Position numbers and translations under genes: made by a program. A stretch of 64,000 bases of DNA from Sphyrna mokarran (taxonomy: Eukaryota): the NCBI GenBank assembly GCA_024679065.1, contig JAGIQG010000019.1:42098001-42162000 (forward strand). The letters are read 5' to 3'. The notes under the pieces are model-generated. The model did not search any database. It had not been told where the DNA came from and worked only from the letters and a program-made list of their open reading frames with translations. Below, one piece after another: positions 1 through 13,550 of the stretch; position 1 is the first letter of the stretch; each line of letters opens with the position of its first letter.

Positions 1-299
1 TGTATCCAAACAAGTGCTGGAATGTGGCGACTGGGGGATTTTCACAGTAACTTCATTGCAATGTGAATGTAAGCCTACTTGTGACAATAATAAACAAACT
101 TAAACTCAAAAACTTAAATTTATCAGGAAATGCTGTCTATAAGATTGAGATGACCATGTATGAACCTTGAAAATTACAAAGGGATTTGACAAGGTACCAA
201 AATAACCATAAATGTGAAATAATAAATGCAGTAAGGAATTCAGATGAAACTTCTTTATCTGGGTTGTGGTTGGAATGTTCAACTTGTTACCCCAGAGAT

Positions 300-602
300 T
301 ATCATAGAATCCTACAGTGCAGAAGGAGGTCATCCAGCCCATCAAGTCTTCACTGACCACAATCCCATCCAAGCCCTATCCCCATAACCCATGGATTTAC
401 CTTAACTCGTCTCCTGAAACTAGGTGGCAATTTAACATGGCCAATCCATTTCACCTGTACATTTTTGGACTGTGGGAGAAAACTGGAGCATCAGGAGGAA
501 ACCCACTTAGACACAGGGAAAACGTGCAAACTTCAGACAGATCCAAGCCAGGAATCAAACGTGGGTCCCTGGCGCTGTGAAACAGCAGGGCTAACCACTA
601 CC
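300..602 (-). mobile_element. HE1/V-SINE-like tRNA-derived SINE with CR1-type tail
   Basis: Reverse complement has tRNA-like head remnant, central gggtttcctcc...gctccagttt V-domain-like core and ttctatga tail. Confidence 0.85.
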
Positions 603-719
603 GTAATTTTAAAAAAGTTAGAAAGTGTGAGAAGAGAAAATAAGCGGGTATTCCAACAGGGTTAAGTGAAAAGAGATGGACGGAGGCGGATGTGAAGCAT
701 CGACTTTAAATGGACGAGT

Positions 720-1020
720 AGGGTGGCACAGCGGTTAGCATTGCTGCCTCATAATGCCAGGGATCCATGTTCAATTCCGACATTGGGTGACTGTCTGTGT
801 GGAGTCTGCCCATGTCTGTGTGGGTTTCCTCTCAGATGCTCCGGTTTCCTCCATTAATCCTGTGCGGGTTAGGATGATTGGCTGTGCTAAATTGACCCTT
901 GTCAGGTGAATTAGCAGGATAGATATGTGGGGCTATTGGAACAGGGCTTGGATGGGATTGTTGTCAGTGCAGACTTGATGGGCCAAAATAGAATCCTTCT
1001 GTACTGTACGGATTCTATGA
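720..1020 (+). mobile_element. HE1/V-SINE-like SINE
   Basis: ggtggcacagcggttagcattgctgcctca (A box), gttcaattcc (B box), tgtctgtgtggag core, gattctatga tail. Confidence 0.88.
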
Positions 1021-1140
1021 CTGATTGGCTTTGATCAGTGCTGTACAATCTGTATAACACTGGGCTGGACAAACTGAATGTAAATTGCTGTCTTTCCCAG
1101 GACAGTGTGAGAGCCAGAGAACGAACAGGTAATTTTCTTG

Positions 1141-1240
1141 CAACAAAAGCAGAGAATGCTGGAAAATCTCAGCAGATCTGACAGCATCGGTAGAGAGAGA
1201 ATAGAGCCAATGTTTTGAGTCTGGATGACCCCTTGTCAGC
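1141..1240 (-). mobile_element. Short Penelope-derived repeat with decayed hammerhead-like core
   Basis: Reverse complement ctgacaaggggtcatccagactcaaaacattgg...gatgctgtcagatctgctgagattttccagcat; same family as 23770-23885 and 55945-56080. Confidence 0.65.
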
Positions 1241-1363
1241 GCTGCTGGTCTGAATGACTCTGTATTACACCCAGTGATACATTTAGCCAATGGACTGTGA
1301 GGGTCAGGGGCATGTGGCGGTGGTGTGGAAGCTTCTTAAATGCACAAAGGGTTAATTCTCTGA

Positions 1364-1618
<255 letters not shown>

Positions 1619-1767
1619 TGATGTTAGATGTGTAGGCTGCGCTGGATGGTAATGACGCAGTGCTTTAGATGAATAGAATGTTTCCTCATTCATATAAGTT
1701 TATTGTAACACTGGGATAGATGGTCTTGTGATGCAATGAGTAGTGTCCCTGCCTCTGAATAGTATAG

Positions 1768-2120
1768 GATCATAGCGGTTCTACAAGGATAGAAGGAAGC
1801 CATTTGGCCCATCAAGTTTGGACCTACTCTGTGAAAGACCAGGCCCACTACACAGCTCCATCCCCGTAACCGCATACATTTACTATGGCTAATCCACCTA
1901 ACCTACACATCTTGGGACAGTAAGGGCAATTTATCATGGCCAGTCCACTAGCCTGCACATCTTTGGAGTGTTGGACAAAGACGGAGAACCTGGAGGAAAT
2001 TCAGTCAGACATGGGGAGAATGTGCAAACTCCACACAGACAGTCACCTGAGGCCAGGATCGAAACCTGGTCCCTGTTGCTGTGAGGCATCAGTGCTAACT
2101 GCTGTGCCGCTGTGCTACCA
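1768..2120 (-). mobile_element. HE1/V-SINE-like SINE
   Basis: gtgcaaactccacacagacagtcacc...gatcgaaacctgg...gtgctaactgctgtgcc on + = SINE core and head on the minus strand. Confidence 0.85.
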
Positions 2121-2477
2121 TTCTATCCCAGGACTTGATGGCCAAGGAAGGTGTGTTCATAATATGTCCAAACAGATTGGGTGTTGACACAGATCCTTTC
2201 AAACACGCCATTGGCTGGCAGTTAGAGTAAGAGAGAGTGCTGGTCAGTCATGTTTGAAACCCTAAGTCTTTGGCGGTAGGTTAGCATCCTATTCTGAAAA
2301 TTATTAGCTATGGAAGCAAACAAAAGTCTCTTTTAGTAGGAGGTGAGAGGAGAGTATTGATATAGGAAAAGGAGGAGGCCATTCAGCCCCTCTAGCCTGT
2401 TACACAACTCATTTAGATCATGGTTGATGTCTATTTAATTCCTTTTGCCTGCCTTAACTTGGCAACCATTAGTACCT

Positions 2478-2802
2478 CATAGAATCATAGAACCCTACAG
2501 TGCAGAAAGAGGCCCATCGGCTCAACAAGTCTGCCCCGAACACAATCCCACCCAGGCCTTACCCCCATATCCCTGCATATTATACCCACTAATCCTTCTG
2601 ACCTCCACTACCCTGGACACTAAGGGGCAATTTCTTAGCATGGCCAATCAACCTAACCCGCACATCTTTGAACTGTGGGAGGAAACCGGAGGAAACGCAC
2701 GCAGCCACGAGGAGAATGTGCAAACTCCACACAGTGACCTGAGCTGAGAATCGAACCCAGGACCGTGGAGCTGTGAAGCAGCAGTGCTAACCACTGTACT
2801 AC
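2478..2802 (-). mobile_element. HE1/V-SINE-like SINE
   Basis: catagaatcatagaa tail, core, gaatcgaaccc B box, gtgctaaccactgt A box. Confidence 0.88.
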
Positions 2803-4669
2803 TGTTTCCTAATAGCAATCTGTCTCTCTCGGGTTTGAAATTTCCAATTACTCCTCAGTCTCTCAAGGGCAATTAGGGATGGGCAATAAAGGCTGATCCA
2901 GCCAGCGAAACCCGCATGAACGAATGTTTCAGAAACAGTTCTTTGGGGGAGAGAGTTCCAGATTCCCATCACCCATTGAGTGAAGAACTGCTTCCTGACA
3001 TCACTCTGGAGGGCTTGGCTCTATTTTAAAGTCCTGCTGCTGTGTTCTGGCCTCCCCGCTAATCGAAAAATGGTTTCTTTCCAAGAAGAAAGCTCCAGAT
3101 ATTTGACCCAGTGACAGTGAAGGATCGACGATATGTTTCCAAGTCAGAATGCTGAGTGGCTTAGGGGGGAACTTGCCAGTGTGATATTTCGTTGCCCTTG
3201 TCCTTCTAGGTAGTAGAGATCACGGGTTTGGAAGGTGCTGTTCAATGGAGGCTTATTGCATTGCTGCAGTCCGTTTGATACTGCTGTCACTGTTCATTAG
3301 TGGTGGACAGAGTGAATGCTTACATTGAGGGGTTGAGGTAGTAATTTCCTGCTCACTTTTAAGTGGTACAAGCTTTATCCTTTCCAGGTTTTTTTTAAAT
3401 TTGATTTAGTTTATTTATCGTATCACAGTAAACTTACAGTAACACTGCAATGAAGTTACTGTGAAAATTCCCTTGCCGGCCATGATCGTAATGAATGGTA
3501 GAACAGGCTGAAAGGGCCGAATGGCCTACTCCTGCTCCTATGTGCTATGTTTCTACAGTGAAAGAGGAGCTTTGGCAGAGATCCCTCAGCTGGGGATTGG
3601 GCTTGGGGAAGTGACAGGACAGTGGAGTCCAGCAGCAGATAAAATTACCACGGCAATCCTTCAAAGGTTAAATCCGATGAGAGTGAATGACAGCGCTATT
3701 GAGAACGGAGAGGAAATAATGATAAATTGATTCCTTACCCTGCTGGAGTCCAGCTGGCTCGGACTTCCTTGTTGCTAGGCAACTTCTGTACTATCACCAA
3801 ACAATCTGTTCCCTGTATGGTTCCTTATAATGCAATTCAAGCTGTGATTTCAAAAGTCTTAATGGCAGCAAGCCCAAGTATGACGAATCCCCAATGAATT
3901 TTCATTGAGAGAGGCGAATATTTGTTCTTCAAACATCCTAAAGAATGTGTCCTGAATAATTCCAATAGATGTTCACAATATTTTGGAAGAAGGCATTTGC
4001 AGGCAAGCTGACGTTTTTAAAAATAATTTTTTTTTTTCCCTGTTCTTCATCCCCCTCCCCCTCCCTCTTGATTCCTTTTTAGGGCAGACTTCCAAAGGTG
4101 CTGGCCACTTTTCTGTATCTCGTCAGAGTCAACATTCTCCATGTGAACCTAGCAGTGATTATTTTACTAAAATAAGAAACAATTTGGCACAAGTGGTCTG
4201 AGATCGGAACAGTAGGAGGCCTTCAAGGAGGAGAAAGGGAGAATACAGAGCAAATATGTTCCAGGAAAGACAAAAGGTCTTGACACCCAGGACCAGAAAA
4301 CCCTAGATGTCAAGGACATAAGTGTAAGAATTAAGAAAAAAAACACTTGCTTATGGCAAATATTGAGGGTTCAGTCCCTACCTGCACTTAGATAAATATG
4401 GATTCATCTTAAAATCTAAATGCAGAAGGAGGCCATTTGGCCCATTGAGCTTGCACCACCCTGGTCCTAACCCTGCATATTTACCCTGACACTAAGGGGC
4501 AATCTTTTGTGGCCAATCAACCTAATCTGCACATCTTTGAACTATGGGAGGAAATTGGAACACTTGGAGGAAACCCATGCAGGCATGGGGAGAACATGCA
4601 AACTCCACACAGACACTGACGGAGGCCCTGGTGCTGTGAGGCAATGGTGCTAACCACTGAGGCATCGGG

Positions 4670-5412
4670 GATAGTCAACACGGATTTGTTAAGTGAAGGT
4701 CATGTTTGAAAAATTTAAACATTTTTTTGAGGAGGGAACCAGCACTGTTGATGAGGGGAATGCATCAAAGGGTTGTCTGGCTTTTGATAGGGTCCCTCAT
4801 GGCAGACTGTAGACTATATCTGTAGTTTGGAGGATATCTGTAGACTGGAGGACAACAGCAATAGATTGGTTGGGTGTGCAGAACTGTGGCAAATGGAAGT
4901 GAACCCAGAAAGGTAGGAGGTAATGTACAATGGGGAGGGCTAATAAGACAAAGGATTAGACTATGAATGGTAGGATCCTGGAAAGTATTGAAGATCAGAG
5001 GGACCTTGGCTATGGGATACTTGCCTTTATTAGCCAAAGCATAGAACATAAGAGCAGGGAGGTCATGCTGGAACTGTATAATACATTAGTTAGGCCACAG
5101 CTTGAGTACTATGTTCTAGTTACCACATTATAGGAAGGACGTGAAAGATTGGATAGTCCAGGGCTGTATTTGAGTTAAGTGGGGACCTGATAGAAGTGTA
5201 TAAGATTACGACAGGCATTGATTGGGTGATAGAAAGGCACATTTTCCATTAGTAGGCGAAGAGGGGAGTTGAGGAGAGATTTTTTCATCCAGTGAGTGGT
5301 CAGACTCTGGAACTCACTGCCAGAAAGGATGGTTGAGTCAGAAACTCTCATAGCATTTAGATAATCATTTGCATTGCCATAACCTCCAGGGCTATGAATC
5401 AAGCGCTGGGAA
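4670..5412 (+). mobile_element. CR1 LINE ORF2/3' fragment, decayed
   Basis: Degenerate CR1 motifs (ggatttgttaagtgaaggtcatgtttga; ttaggccacagcttgagtac = VRPQLEY; ctctggaactcactgcc = LWNSLP). Confidence 0.8.
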
Positions 5413-5419
5413 TTTTTTT

Positions 5420-5762
5420 TATTTATTCATGGGACATGGGCGTTGTTGGCTGCTTAGCATTTATTGCCCGTCCCTAATTGCCAAAGGGTCGTTGAGCATC
5501 AACCACATTGCTGTGACTCTGGAATCGCATGTAGAGTAGATCGGGCAAGGACAACAGATTTCCTTCCCTATAGGACATTAGTGAACCAGACGGGTTTTTC
5601 GGACAGTGGTTTCGTGGTCAGATTCTTAATTCCAGATTTTTTTATTGAATTCAAATTCCATCGTCTGCCATGGCGGGATTCAAACCTGGGTCCCCAGGAT
5701 ATTAGTTGAGTTTCTGGATTAATAGTCTAGCAATAATATCATGAGGCCATCACCTCCCCCCA
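5420..5762 (-). mobile_element. Second tRNA-headed shark SINE family
   Basis: Shared blocks ggacattagtgaaccaga, ttccagattt...gaattcaaattcc, ggattcaaacc. Also at 12172-12505(+), 19215-19400(+), 28590-28820(+), 32238-32750(+), 58930-59100(-), 62030-62345(-). Confidence 0.75.
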
Positions 5763-5929
5763 TAGTAGTAGGATTAGTGTAGTCTGATCTTTGTTCACCG
5801 ATGTGGACACGATGGGCTGAATGGCCTCCTGTGCTGTAATGTCCATGAATCTACAGGATTTGTAATCTAGAGAATGAGTTCAAATACCATTGAGGCACCC
5901 AGTATGATAAATGACCCATTAAACTATAC

Positions 5930-6155
5930 AGATTAATATTATCCAAGATAACACAGAGAATTACCCTGTGAATTACCATGCTTTTCATGTCTACCTCAGA
6001 GAGCAGACTGGTTGAATGTCTCATTTGAAAACAGCACCACTGACAGTGTAGCACTCCTTAGTCAGCGTAGACTTTGTGCTGCCACTTAATTCTGGAGTGG
6101 GACTTCAACCCACAACCTTTTGACTCAGAGATGGGCGCACCACACACTGAGCACA
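5930..6155 (-). mobile_element. Deu-domain-like SINE (SacSINE/AmnSINE type)
   Basis: Reverse complement ctgagtcaaaaggttgtgggttgaagtcccactccaga...gagtgctacactgtcagtggtgctgttttcaaatgagaca. Confidence 0.7.
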
Positions 6156-6384
6156 ATACTGTACATTGTTTGTGGCGCAGTGATGTTTTATTCCAAAACG
6201 ATAAATGATTTGGACACAGATCATATTGTGTGTTTAATGAATGCAATTTAGGAAAAAAACCCTGGGCAAAGTAGTCTTTCAGCCAACACAATGCCCCTTT
6301 GAGATATGGCTAATTATGGACGGCATTGCAAGAACAGCACGCATTGATTCAGCTTGCAAATTGTGTTTTTTTTTTATTATTCAG

Positions 6385-6427
6385 CTATGCATGGACACTT
6401 GGAGGCTACAGAGCTGCTCCTAGAAAG
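6385..6427 (+). CDS. ANKRD16: ANKRD16 coding exon 3 (43 bp)
   Basis: ttattattcag|CT ATG CAT GGA CAC TTG GAG GCT ACA GAG CTG CTC CTA GAA AG|gtaagt = (A)MHGHLEATELLLE(R); phases match flanking exons. Confidence 0.92.
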
Positions 6428-7299
6428 GTAAGTTCCTCTTCACTGAAATACGCTGTGCAGTAACAATCATTACAGAAACTGATCCCAAATTTTGCATCTA
6501 AAGTCTGCCCGCACCGTGTTAGTAATGGCACAGTGTCACCAAAGTGTCGCTTGCTCCATATCTGATACCAGATCTGCAAGCCAATCTGAACATTTGGAAT
6601 TGTTCATGTCATATATAACTGCAGAAGGAGACAGTTCACCCATTGAATCTGCACGGCTCTCTGACAGAGTATCTTACCCAGACCCTCTTCCCCCATCCTA
6701 TACCCATAACCCCACACATTTTCCATGGCTAATTCACCTAATCCTCATATCTTCGCACTGTGGGAGGAAACCCATGCAGAACGTGCAGACTCCACACTGA
6801 CCCAAGCCAGAATCGAACCCAGGTCCCTGGCGCTGTGAGATAGCATTGCTAGCCGCTATGCCATAGTCCCGCCTTGCAGTAAGCACTCCCAGTCTGGAGA
6901 TGGGGGTCAGTGTGGATGCTATTCATTCTGCTTTAGTGCCCTTTCATCCTGTGCCACAGATATTCTGAAATGTGTCCCAAAACATTCAGTCCCATTACAT
7001 AGCCGCGCCAAGGTTTGCGAAAATGCACGCCATTCGGATCCAATGTCCTGTCTAAAGTATGGCATGTTGTAAAGTAACAGCATTTCATTAATGCTGTTGG
7101 GTCCTTGTTATTGGAAAGCTGGTTCCTGTTGTCACAGTCCTGTTGTTAGGGCTGTAATTCCTGAGTAGTATCATCATTGTGTCAGATCACTGTAATTGAC
7201 AAGGCTGCATTGTGTATTGAAATCAATGGAAAATGCTGTTACTACAGAACACTGATTTGTGTTTTTAAAGCAGTTTCTTTTCATTAGTCACGTGTAGGA

Positions 7300-8030
7300 A
7301 ATTCAGTACAGCATGCTGCTGTGCAGAGAGACCTGGTGTCCTTGTGCAGGAATCTCAAGGAGTTGGTTTGCAGATGCAGCTGGTAATTAAGAATGCAAAT
7401 GGAATTTTGTCCTTCATTGTTAGAGGGATGGAGTTTAAAAACAGCGAGATCATGTATAAGGTGTTGTTGAGACCACACCTGGAGTATTGTGTACAGTTTT
7501 GGTCTCCTTACTTGAGAAAGGATATACTGGCACTGGAAAGGGTGCAGAGGAGATTCACTTGGTTGATTCTGGAGTTGAGAGTGTTGGTTTATAAGAAAGA
7601 TTGAGTAGATTAGGGCTATACTCACTAGAATTCAGAAGAATGAGAGGACATCTTATAGGAACATATAAGATTATGAAGGGAATAGATAAGATAGATGCAG
7701 GGAAGTTGTTTCACTGACGGATGAAACTAGAACTAGGGGCATAACCTCAAAATAAAGAGAGGCAGATTTAGGACCAAGTTGAGGAGGAACTTCTTCACAC
7801 AAAGATTTGTGAAGCTATGAAATTCCCTATCCAGTGAAGCAGTTGAGGCTATCTCATTGAATATTTTTAAGGCAAGGATAGATAAATTTTTGAACAGTAA
7901 AGGAATTAGGGGTTATGGTGAGCAGGCGAGTAAGTGGAACTGAGTCCACAAAAAGATTAGCCATAATCTTATTGAATGGTGGGGCAGGCTGGAGGGGCCA
8001 GATTGTCTACTCCTGCTCCTAGATCTTACA
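7300..8030 (+). mobile_element. CR1 LINE 3' portion
   Basis: ORF 7344-7604 LLRPHLEYCVQFWSPYLRKDILALERVQRRFT; ends in CR1 3'UTR ...tactcctgctcctagatctta. Confidence 0.92.
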
Positions 8031-8156
8031 TTCTTTATCATTGAGGTTCTGTGAATGTTGGCAGCAGCTGAGGAGAATGTTGGCCTCGGCTGTGATTTTC
8101 CATTTCCCATAGTTGAGTAACCTTCCAGCATTCAACTGAACCCAGGCTGGGGTTGA

Positions 8157-8354
<198 letters not shown>

Positions 8355-8817
8355 TAAGTGGCTGGTAAAACAGATTGGGAATACGTGGAGAAGCCTGTAC
8401 TTCCGGCACATGAACAGGAGAAGGTTATTCAGCTGAGGAATTAGTCACAGCTAACACTGCACATTACACAGAATGCCCAGTGCAAAAACAAGTCATTTGG
8501 CCCAACTGGTCTGTACTGATATTACTGTTTCACATGAGCTTCTTCCTGCCTTACCTCATCTAACACTACTGGCATATGCCTTATTCCTTTCTCCTTTGTT
8601 TGTTTATATCACTTTCCCTTAATTTGTTCCAAAATAGCCACAAAATGCTTACATCTGAGCTTTTTAAATGCATTTTTACAAACCCTGGATAATCATATCT
8701 AACAGAATTGATAGTGATGATTGAATGCTGCGCCTGCACAAACACTGGGAACTTTGACAGAGCTTAATTAACATATAACTACTCCTCGCATGACTGCAGA
8801 AGCTGACTTGGAGGATG

Positions 8818-10512
8818 AGGGTGGCACAGTGATTAGCACTCCTGCCTCACAGTGCTGGGGACGTGAGTTCAATTCTGGATTGGGTCAGTGTCTGGAGTTT
8901 GCACATTCTCCCCATGTCTGTATGGGTTTCCTCCAGGTGCTCGGTTTCCTCTGACACTCCAAAGTTCACAGAATCATAGAAACTCTACAGTTCAGAAAGA
9001 GGCCATCTGGCCCATCACGTCTGCACCGAACACAATCCCACCCAGGCCCTATCCCCGCATCTCCACACACTTATCCACTAATCCCTCTAACCTACGCATC
9101 TCAGGACATTAAGGGGCAATTTGAACATGGCCAGTCAATCTAACCTGCACATCTTTGGACTGTGGGAAGAAACTGGAGCACCAGGAGGAAACCCACGCAA
9201 ACACAAGGAGAATGTGCAAACTCCACACAGACAGTGACCCAAGGCGGGAATCGAACCCAGGTCCCTGGAGCTGTGAAGGTGCAGTACTAACCACTGTGCT
9301 ACCTGGAGATGTGTGGGTTAGGTTGATTTGACCATGATAAATTACCCCTTAATGTCATGGGGATTAGCAGGGTAAATACATCAATAGTGAGGAAAATGCT
9401 GGAGTCAATTATTGAGGATGTAACAACTTTGGAAAGCGGTGACAGGATCCGTCCAATTCGGCATGGATTCACGAAAGGGAAATCATGCTTGTCAAATCTT
9501 CTGTAATTATTTGAGGATGTGATCAGTAGAGTGGACAAGGGTAAATCAGTGGATGTTGTGTATCTGGACAATCAAAAGGCTTATGACAGTCCTACGCAAG
9601 ATATTGTTGAGCAAAATCAAAGCTCATGGTATTGGGGTTAATGTATTAAGGTGGATAGCGAATTGGTTGGCAGACAGAAAGCGGAGAGTGGGAATAAACA
9701 AGTACTTTTCTGACTGGCAGACAGTGACTAGTGGGGTATTGCAGTTATTCACAATGTACGTTAATGATTTGGGCAAAGGAATTAAATGTAATATCTCCAG
9801 ATTTGCAGATGACACTGAGCTGGGTAGCAGTGTGTGCTGTGAGAAGGATGCTAAGAGGCTGCAGGATGAATTGGACAGGCTGACTGAGTGGGCAAGTACT
9901 TGGCAATTGCAATTTAATGTGGATAAATGTGAGGTTATCCGCTTTGGTGGCAAAAGCAGGAAAGAAGATTATTATCTGAATGGTGCCTGATTAGAAAAAG
10001 GGGAAGTGCAACATGACCTTGGGCGTCATAGTGGAACAGCTGAAGTTTGGCATGCAGAATGAGAGGAGATCTCACAGAAACATATAAAATCCTGATGGGA
10101 TTGGATGGGCTAGATGCAGGAAGAATGTTCCCAATGTAGGGGATGTTCCAGAACTCAGGGTTACAGTTTAAGAATAAGGGGTAAGCCATTCAGGACTGAG
10201 ATGAGGAAGAACGTCTTCACTCAGGGAGTTGTGATCTGTGAAATTCTCTACCACAGAAAGCTGTTGGAGCCAGTTCTTTAGATAAGTTCAGTGAGAAGCT
10301 GCACGTGGCCCTTACAGCTAAAGGAATGAAAGGGTATGGGGAGAAATGGGAGTGGGATACTGCAGGTGCATGATCAGCCATTCGTATTGAATGGTGATAC
10401 AAGCTTGAAGGGTCAAATTTCTCTGTTTCTAACTACATGGGCTTATGGGGATAGGACCTGGGTGGGACTGTTATTGGTGCAGGTTTGATGGGCCAAATGG
10501 CCTCCTTTTACA
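8818..10512 (+). mobile_element. Nested stack: V-SINE (+) interrupted by a V-SINE (-, ~8968-9305) and a CR1 RT fragment (+, ~9382-10432)
   Basis: Outer SINE pieces 8818-8965, 9306-9381 and 10433-10512 are collinear. CR1 ORF 9553-9990 has ISRFADDT and WQLQFNVDKCEV. Confidence 0.85.
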
Positions 10513-10852
10513 TTAATAAAAGCAGCAAACACATTCTCTATCCATTTTTCAGATCACTTGTACTTGCTAATTGGGCAAAGTCAGTAGAAAGGTTACATGG
10601 AACCTGTAGCACAGAAACCAGCCCTTTGACCCTGTAGGCTTTGAGTGTGCACACTGCACAAATCTCTCTTCCCACCCTTCTTCATCTAACCCCACCAGCC
10701 TATCACTCTGTTCCTTTCTGTATTTATCCAGCTTCTCCGATGCATCTATCAACTTTGCCTCAACATTCCACATTCTTACCACGCATTGGGTAAAGATGGG
10801 ATAAAATGATAAATGTGTAGAATGATTGGCTGTCATTAAATCCTTGTGATAA

Positions 10853-11077
<225 letters not shown>

Positions 11078-11219
11078 TGAGTAGCATGGGTAAGCTGCCC
11101 AGTTTTTGAGGCAGCAGCACTCCTGAGAAGAGCCCAAATGGTCTCCGTGAAACTAAGCGATTGTCTGTGTATTGGGCAGAAATGTGTTTCACCCCACCCA
11201 TTAACACAACACAAGACGA

Positions 11220-11655
11220 GGTATAGAAGCAGAAATAGGCCACCTTGCCCTTCAGGCCTGCCCAGCCATTCAATACAATCATGGCTAATCTGTGCCAGCC
11301 TCAACTCCTTTTCTGTGCCATTTCCCCCTCTATTCATCAATTTATCAAATATTCATCCAGCTCCACTTTAAATACTTAGAATAAACCAGCCTTCAACACC
11401 TTTTGGGGCAAAGAATTCCAGAGATTAACCACCCTCTACAAGAAAAAATTTCTACCCACCTCATAACTGGCCCTTTATCTCGAAGCGATGTCGCTTGTTC
11501 AACACTCTCCCACTAGTGAAAACATCTCACCATCTATCCTGTCAATCCCCCTCAGGATCTTACATGGTTAAATGAGGTCACCCTTCACTCTTCTTAACTC
11601 CAAGAAATACAGACCCAGACTGTTTAATCTCTCTGATAGGATAGCCCTCCGATTC
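11220..11655 (-). mobile_element. CR1 LINE 3' fragment
   Basis: aagaattccagagattaaccaccctct (= RVVNLWNSL on minus) and CR1 3'UTR agaagcagaaataggcc. Confidence 0.8.
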
Positions 11656-11669
11656 CAGAAATTACACTG

Positions 11670-11992
11670 GGTGGCACTCTGATTAGCCCTGCTGCCTCAC
11701 AGCTCCGGGACCTGGGTTTGGTTCCTGGCCTGGGTCACTGTCTATGCGGAGTTTGCATGTTCTCCCCGTGTCTGCATGTGTTTCCTCCCAGCGCTCTGTT
11801 TCCTCCCACAGTCCAAAGATATGCAAATTAGGTGCATTGGCCATGCAAAATTTCCCCTTAATGTCCTGTAATGTGTAGAGGGATTAGCAGGTTAAATCTG
11901 TGGGGGTTACGGGGAGAGGGCCTAGGTGGGATTGTTGTCAGTGCAGACCCGATGGGTCGAATGGCCTTCTTCTGCCCTGGAGGGATTTGATG
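11670..11992 (+). mobile_element. HE1/V-SINE-like SINE
   Basis: Head, gagtttgcatgttctccccgtg core, gatgggtcgaatggcc tail. Confidence 0.85.
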
Positions 11993-12934
11993 ACTTGAAA
12001 ATGCCTCATTTCTCCCTACTCTCTGCCTTCTGTTTGAATATCCTTTGGACTGCCTCTGAAAGAGATTACTAAAGGATCTGCAAAATCATTTGGTCAAGTG
12101 ATAAGACCACAATTAGTGTGACAAATGTAGGGGTTTCTTTTCTTTGGTTTTATCTGACTCAGGGGAAAGGAGGGGGAGGTCATGTTATAGTGGTAACGTA
12201 AGCCCAGTAATCAAGTGGCCCAATAATGCTCTGGGTTCATGAGTTCAAATCCCACCATGGCAATAAATAAATCTGGAATTGAAAGCCAGTCATCAGTAAT
12301 GACAACCATGAAACTATCATTGAAAACCCATCTGGTTCATGAATGCACTAATGACATTTAGGGAAGGAAATGCCACCCTAATTGGGTCTGGCCTGCATAT
12401 AACGTGTTTCACTTTTAACTGCCTTCGAGCCATTCAGTTCAAGGGCAGTTGGAATGGACAATAAATGCTGACCTTGCCAGTCATGTCCACATCTCCAGAA
12501 TGGATAAAAAGAGAAAAATAAGTTTCTATAAATAATTGTGGGTAGATTTGTGTCAAGGGCAAAATTAGCCAGCTGTGGTGTCTATGCACAATTCTTTCCT
12601 TGGCAATTGCTCTGTGGTTATCCAATCAGTGTGTGGATTGTAAGGCCCTCACCAGCTTACTCAATGTTGATGTCTGACCTGAATCTATTTTTGTTCTTGG
12701 TGTCTATCCATGTCTAGCAGACTATAATACAGCTCGTTGTCTGTCTCCATGGAATCCTACACAGAGCTGTTTAACGTGACTTCCTCCCATTCAGGGCAGT
12801 CAAAAAGTCCGATTTTTCAACTCTTGCAGAATGGTTGGAAAGTGAGGAGATTGGATTTTGTGCCCATTCACTCGCTAGAATACCAGTCTGCTGAGAGTCT
12901 TCAAATTTTGCAGCATCTCTATCTGCCTCTGCAT

Positions 12935-13240
12935 TAAGTTTAAAGTTTTTAAAATTTATTTATTAATGTCACAAGCTTACATTAACTCTGCAATGAAGTT
13001 ACTGTGAAAATCCGACACCTGATTAATTACACAGAGGGAGAATTTAGCATGGCCAATGCACCTAACCAGCATGTCTTTCAGAATGTGGGAGGAAACTGGA
13101 GCTCAAAAAGAAAATCCAAGAGACACAGAGAGAACGTGCAGACTCTGCGTGGACGGTGACCCAAGCCAGGAATTGAACCCAGGTCCCTGGTACCGTGAGG
13201 CAGCAGTGCTACCCACTGTGCCACTGTACTGCCTCGCAAA
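12935..13240 (-). mobile_element. V-SINE-like SINE with alternative tail
   Basis: Same head and core, but tail ttttcacagtaacttcattgcag...taataaataaa. Also at 1-105, 17650-17842, 24535-24830, 26520-26810, 29005-29320, 39553-39830, 46860-47100. Confidence 0.82.
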
Positions 13241-13319
13241 GTGGTAGACTTTCTTATCAGCCCACCCCAGTGCACAAAATAGCTGCGTGGTGCTCTGCCA
13301 ACAGGCAGCTTGTATATCA

Positions 13320-13550
13320 GCAAGAAATGCTGGAGACAAACTCAGCGAGTTTGGCAGCATCTGTGGAGGGAGACTCAGAGTTAATGTTCCAAACTGGAAT
13401 GACTTCTTCAAAGCTCCTCAAGTCTGAAGAAGAGTCATATGTTCTGAAACATTAATTCTGTGTCTCTCTCCACAGGTGCTGCCAGATCTGCTGAGTGATC
13501 CTGGCGTTTTCTGTCTTGATTTCCAGCATCTGCAATATCTGTTTTTATTG
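13320..13550. mobile_element. Inverted pair of short Penelope-derived repeats
   Basis: Left arm ctcagcgagtttggcagcatctgtggagggag...tgacttcttca is the reverse complement of right arm tgaagaagagtca...ctctctccacaggtgctgccagatctgctgag. Confidence 0.7.

Noticed and set aside
720-800. tRNA-like A/B box sequences here and in many other copies
   Set aside because: They are SINE heads followed by the V-core and tail; no complete cloverleaf.
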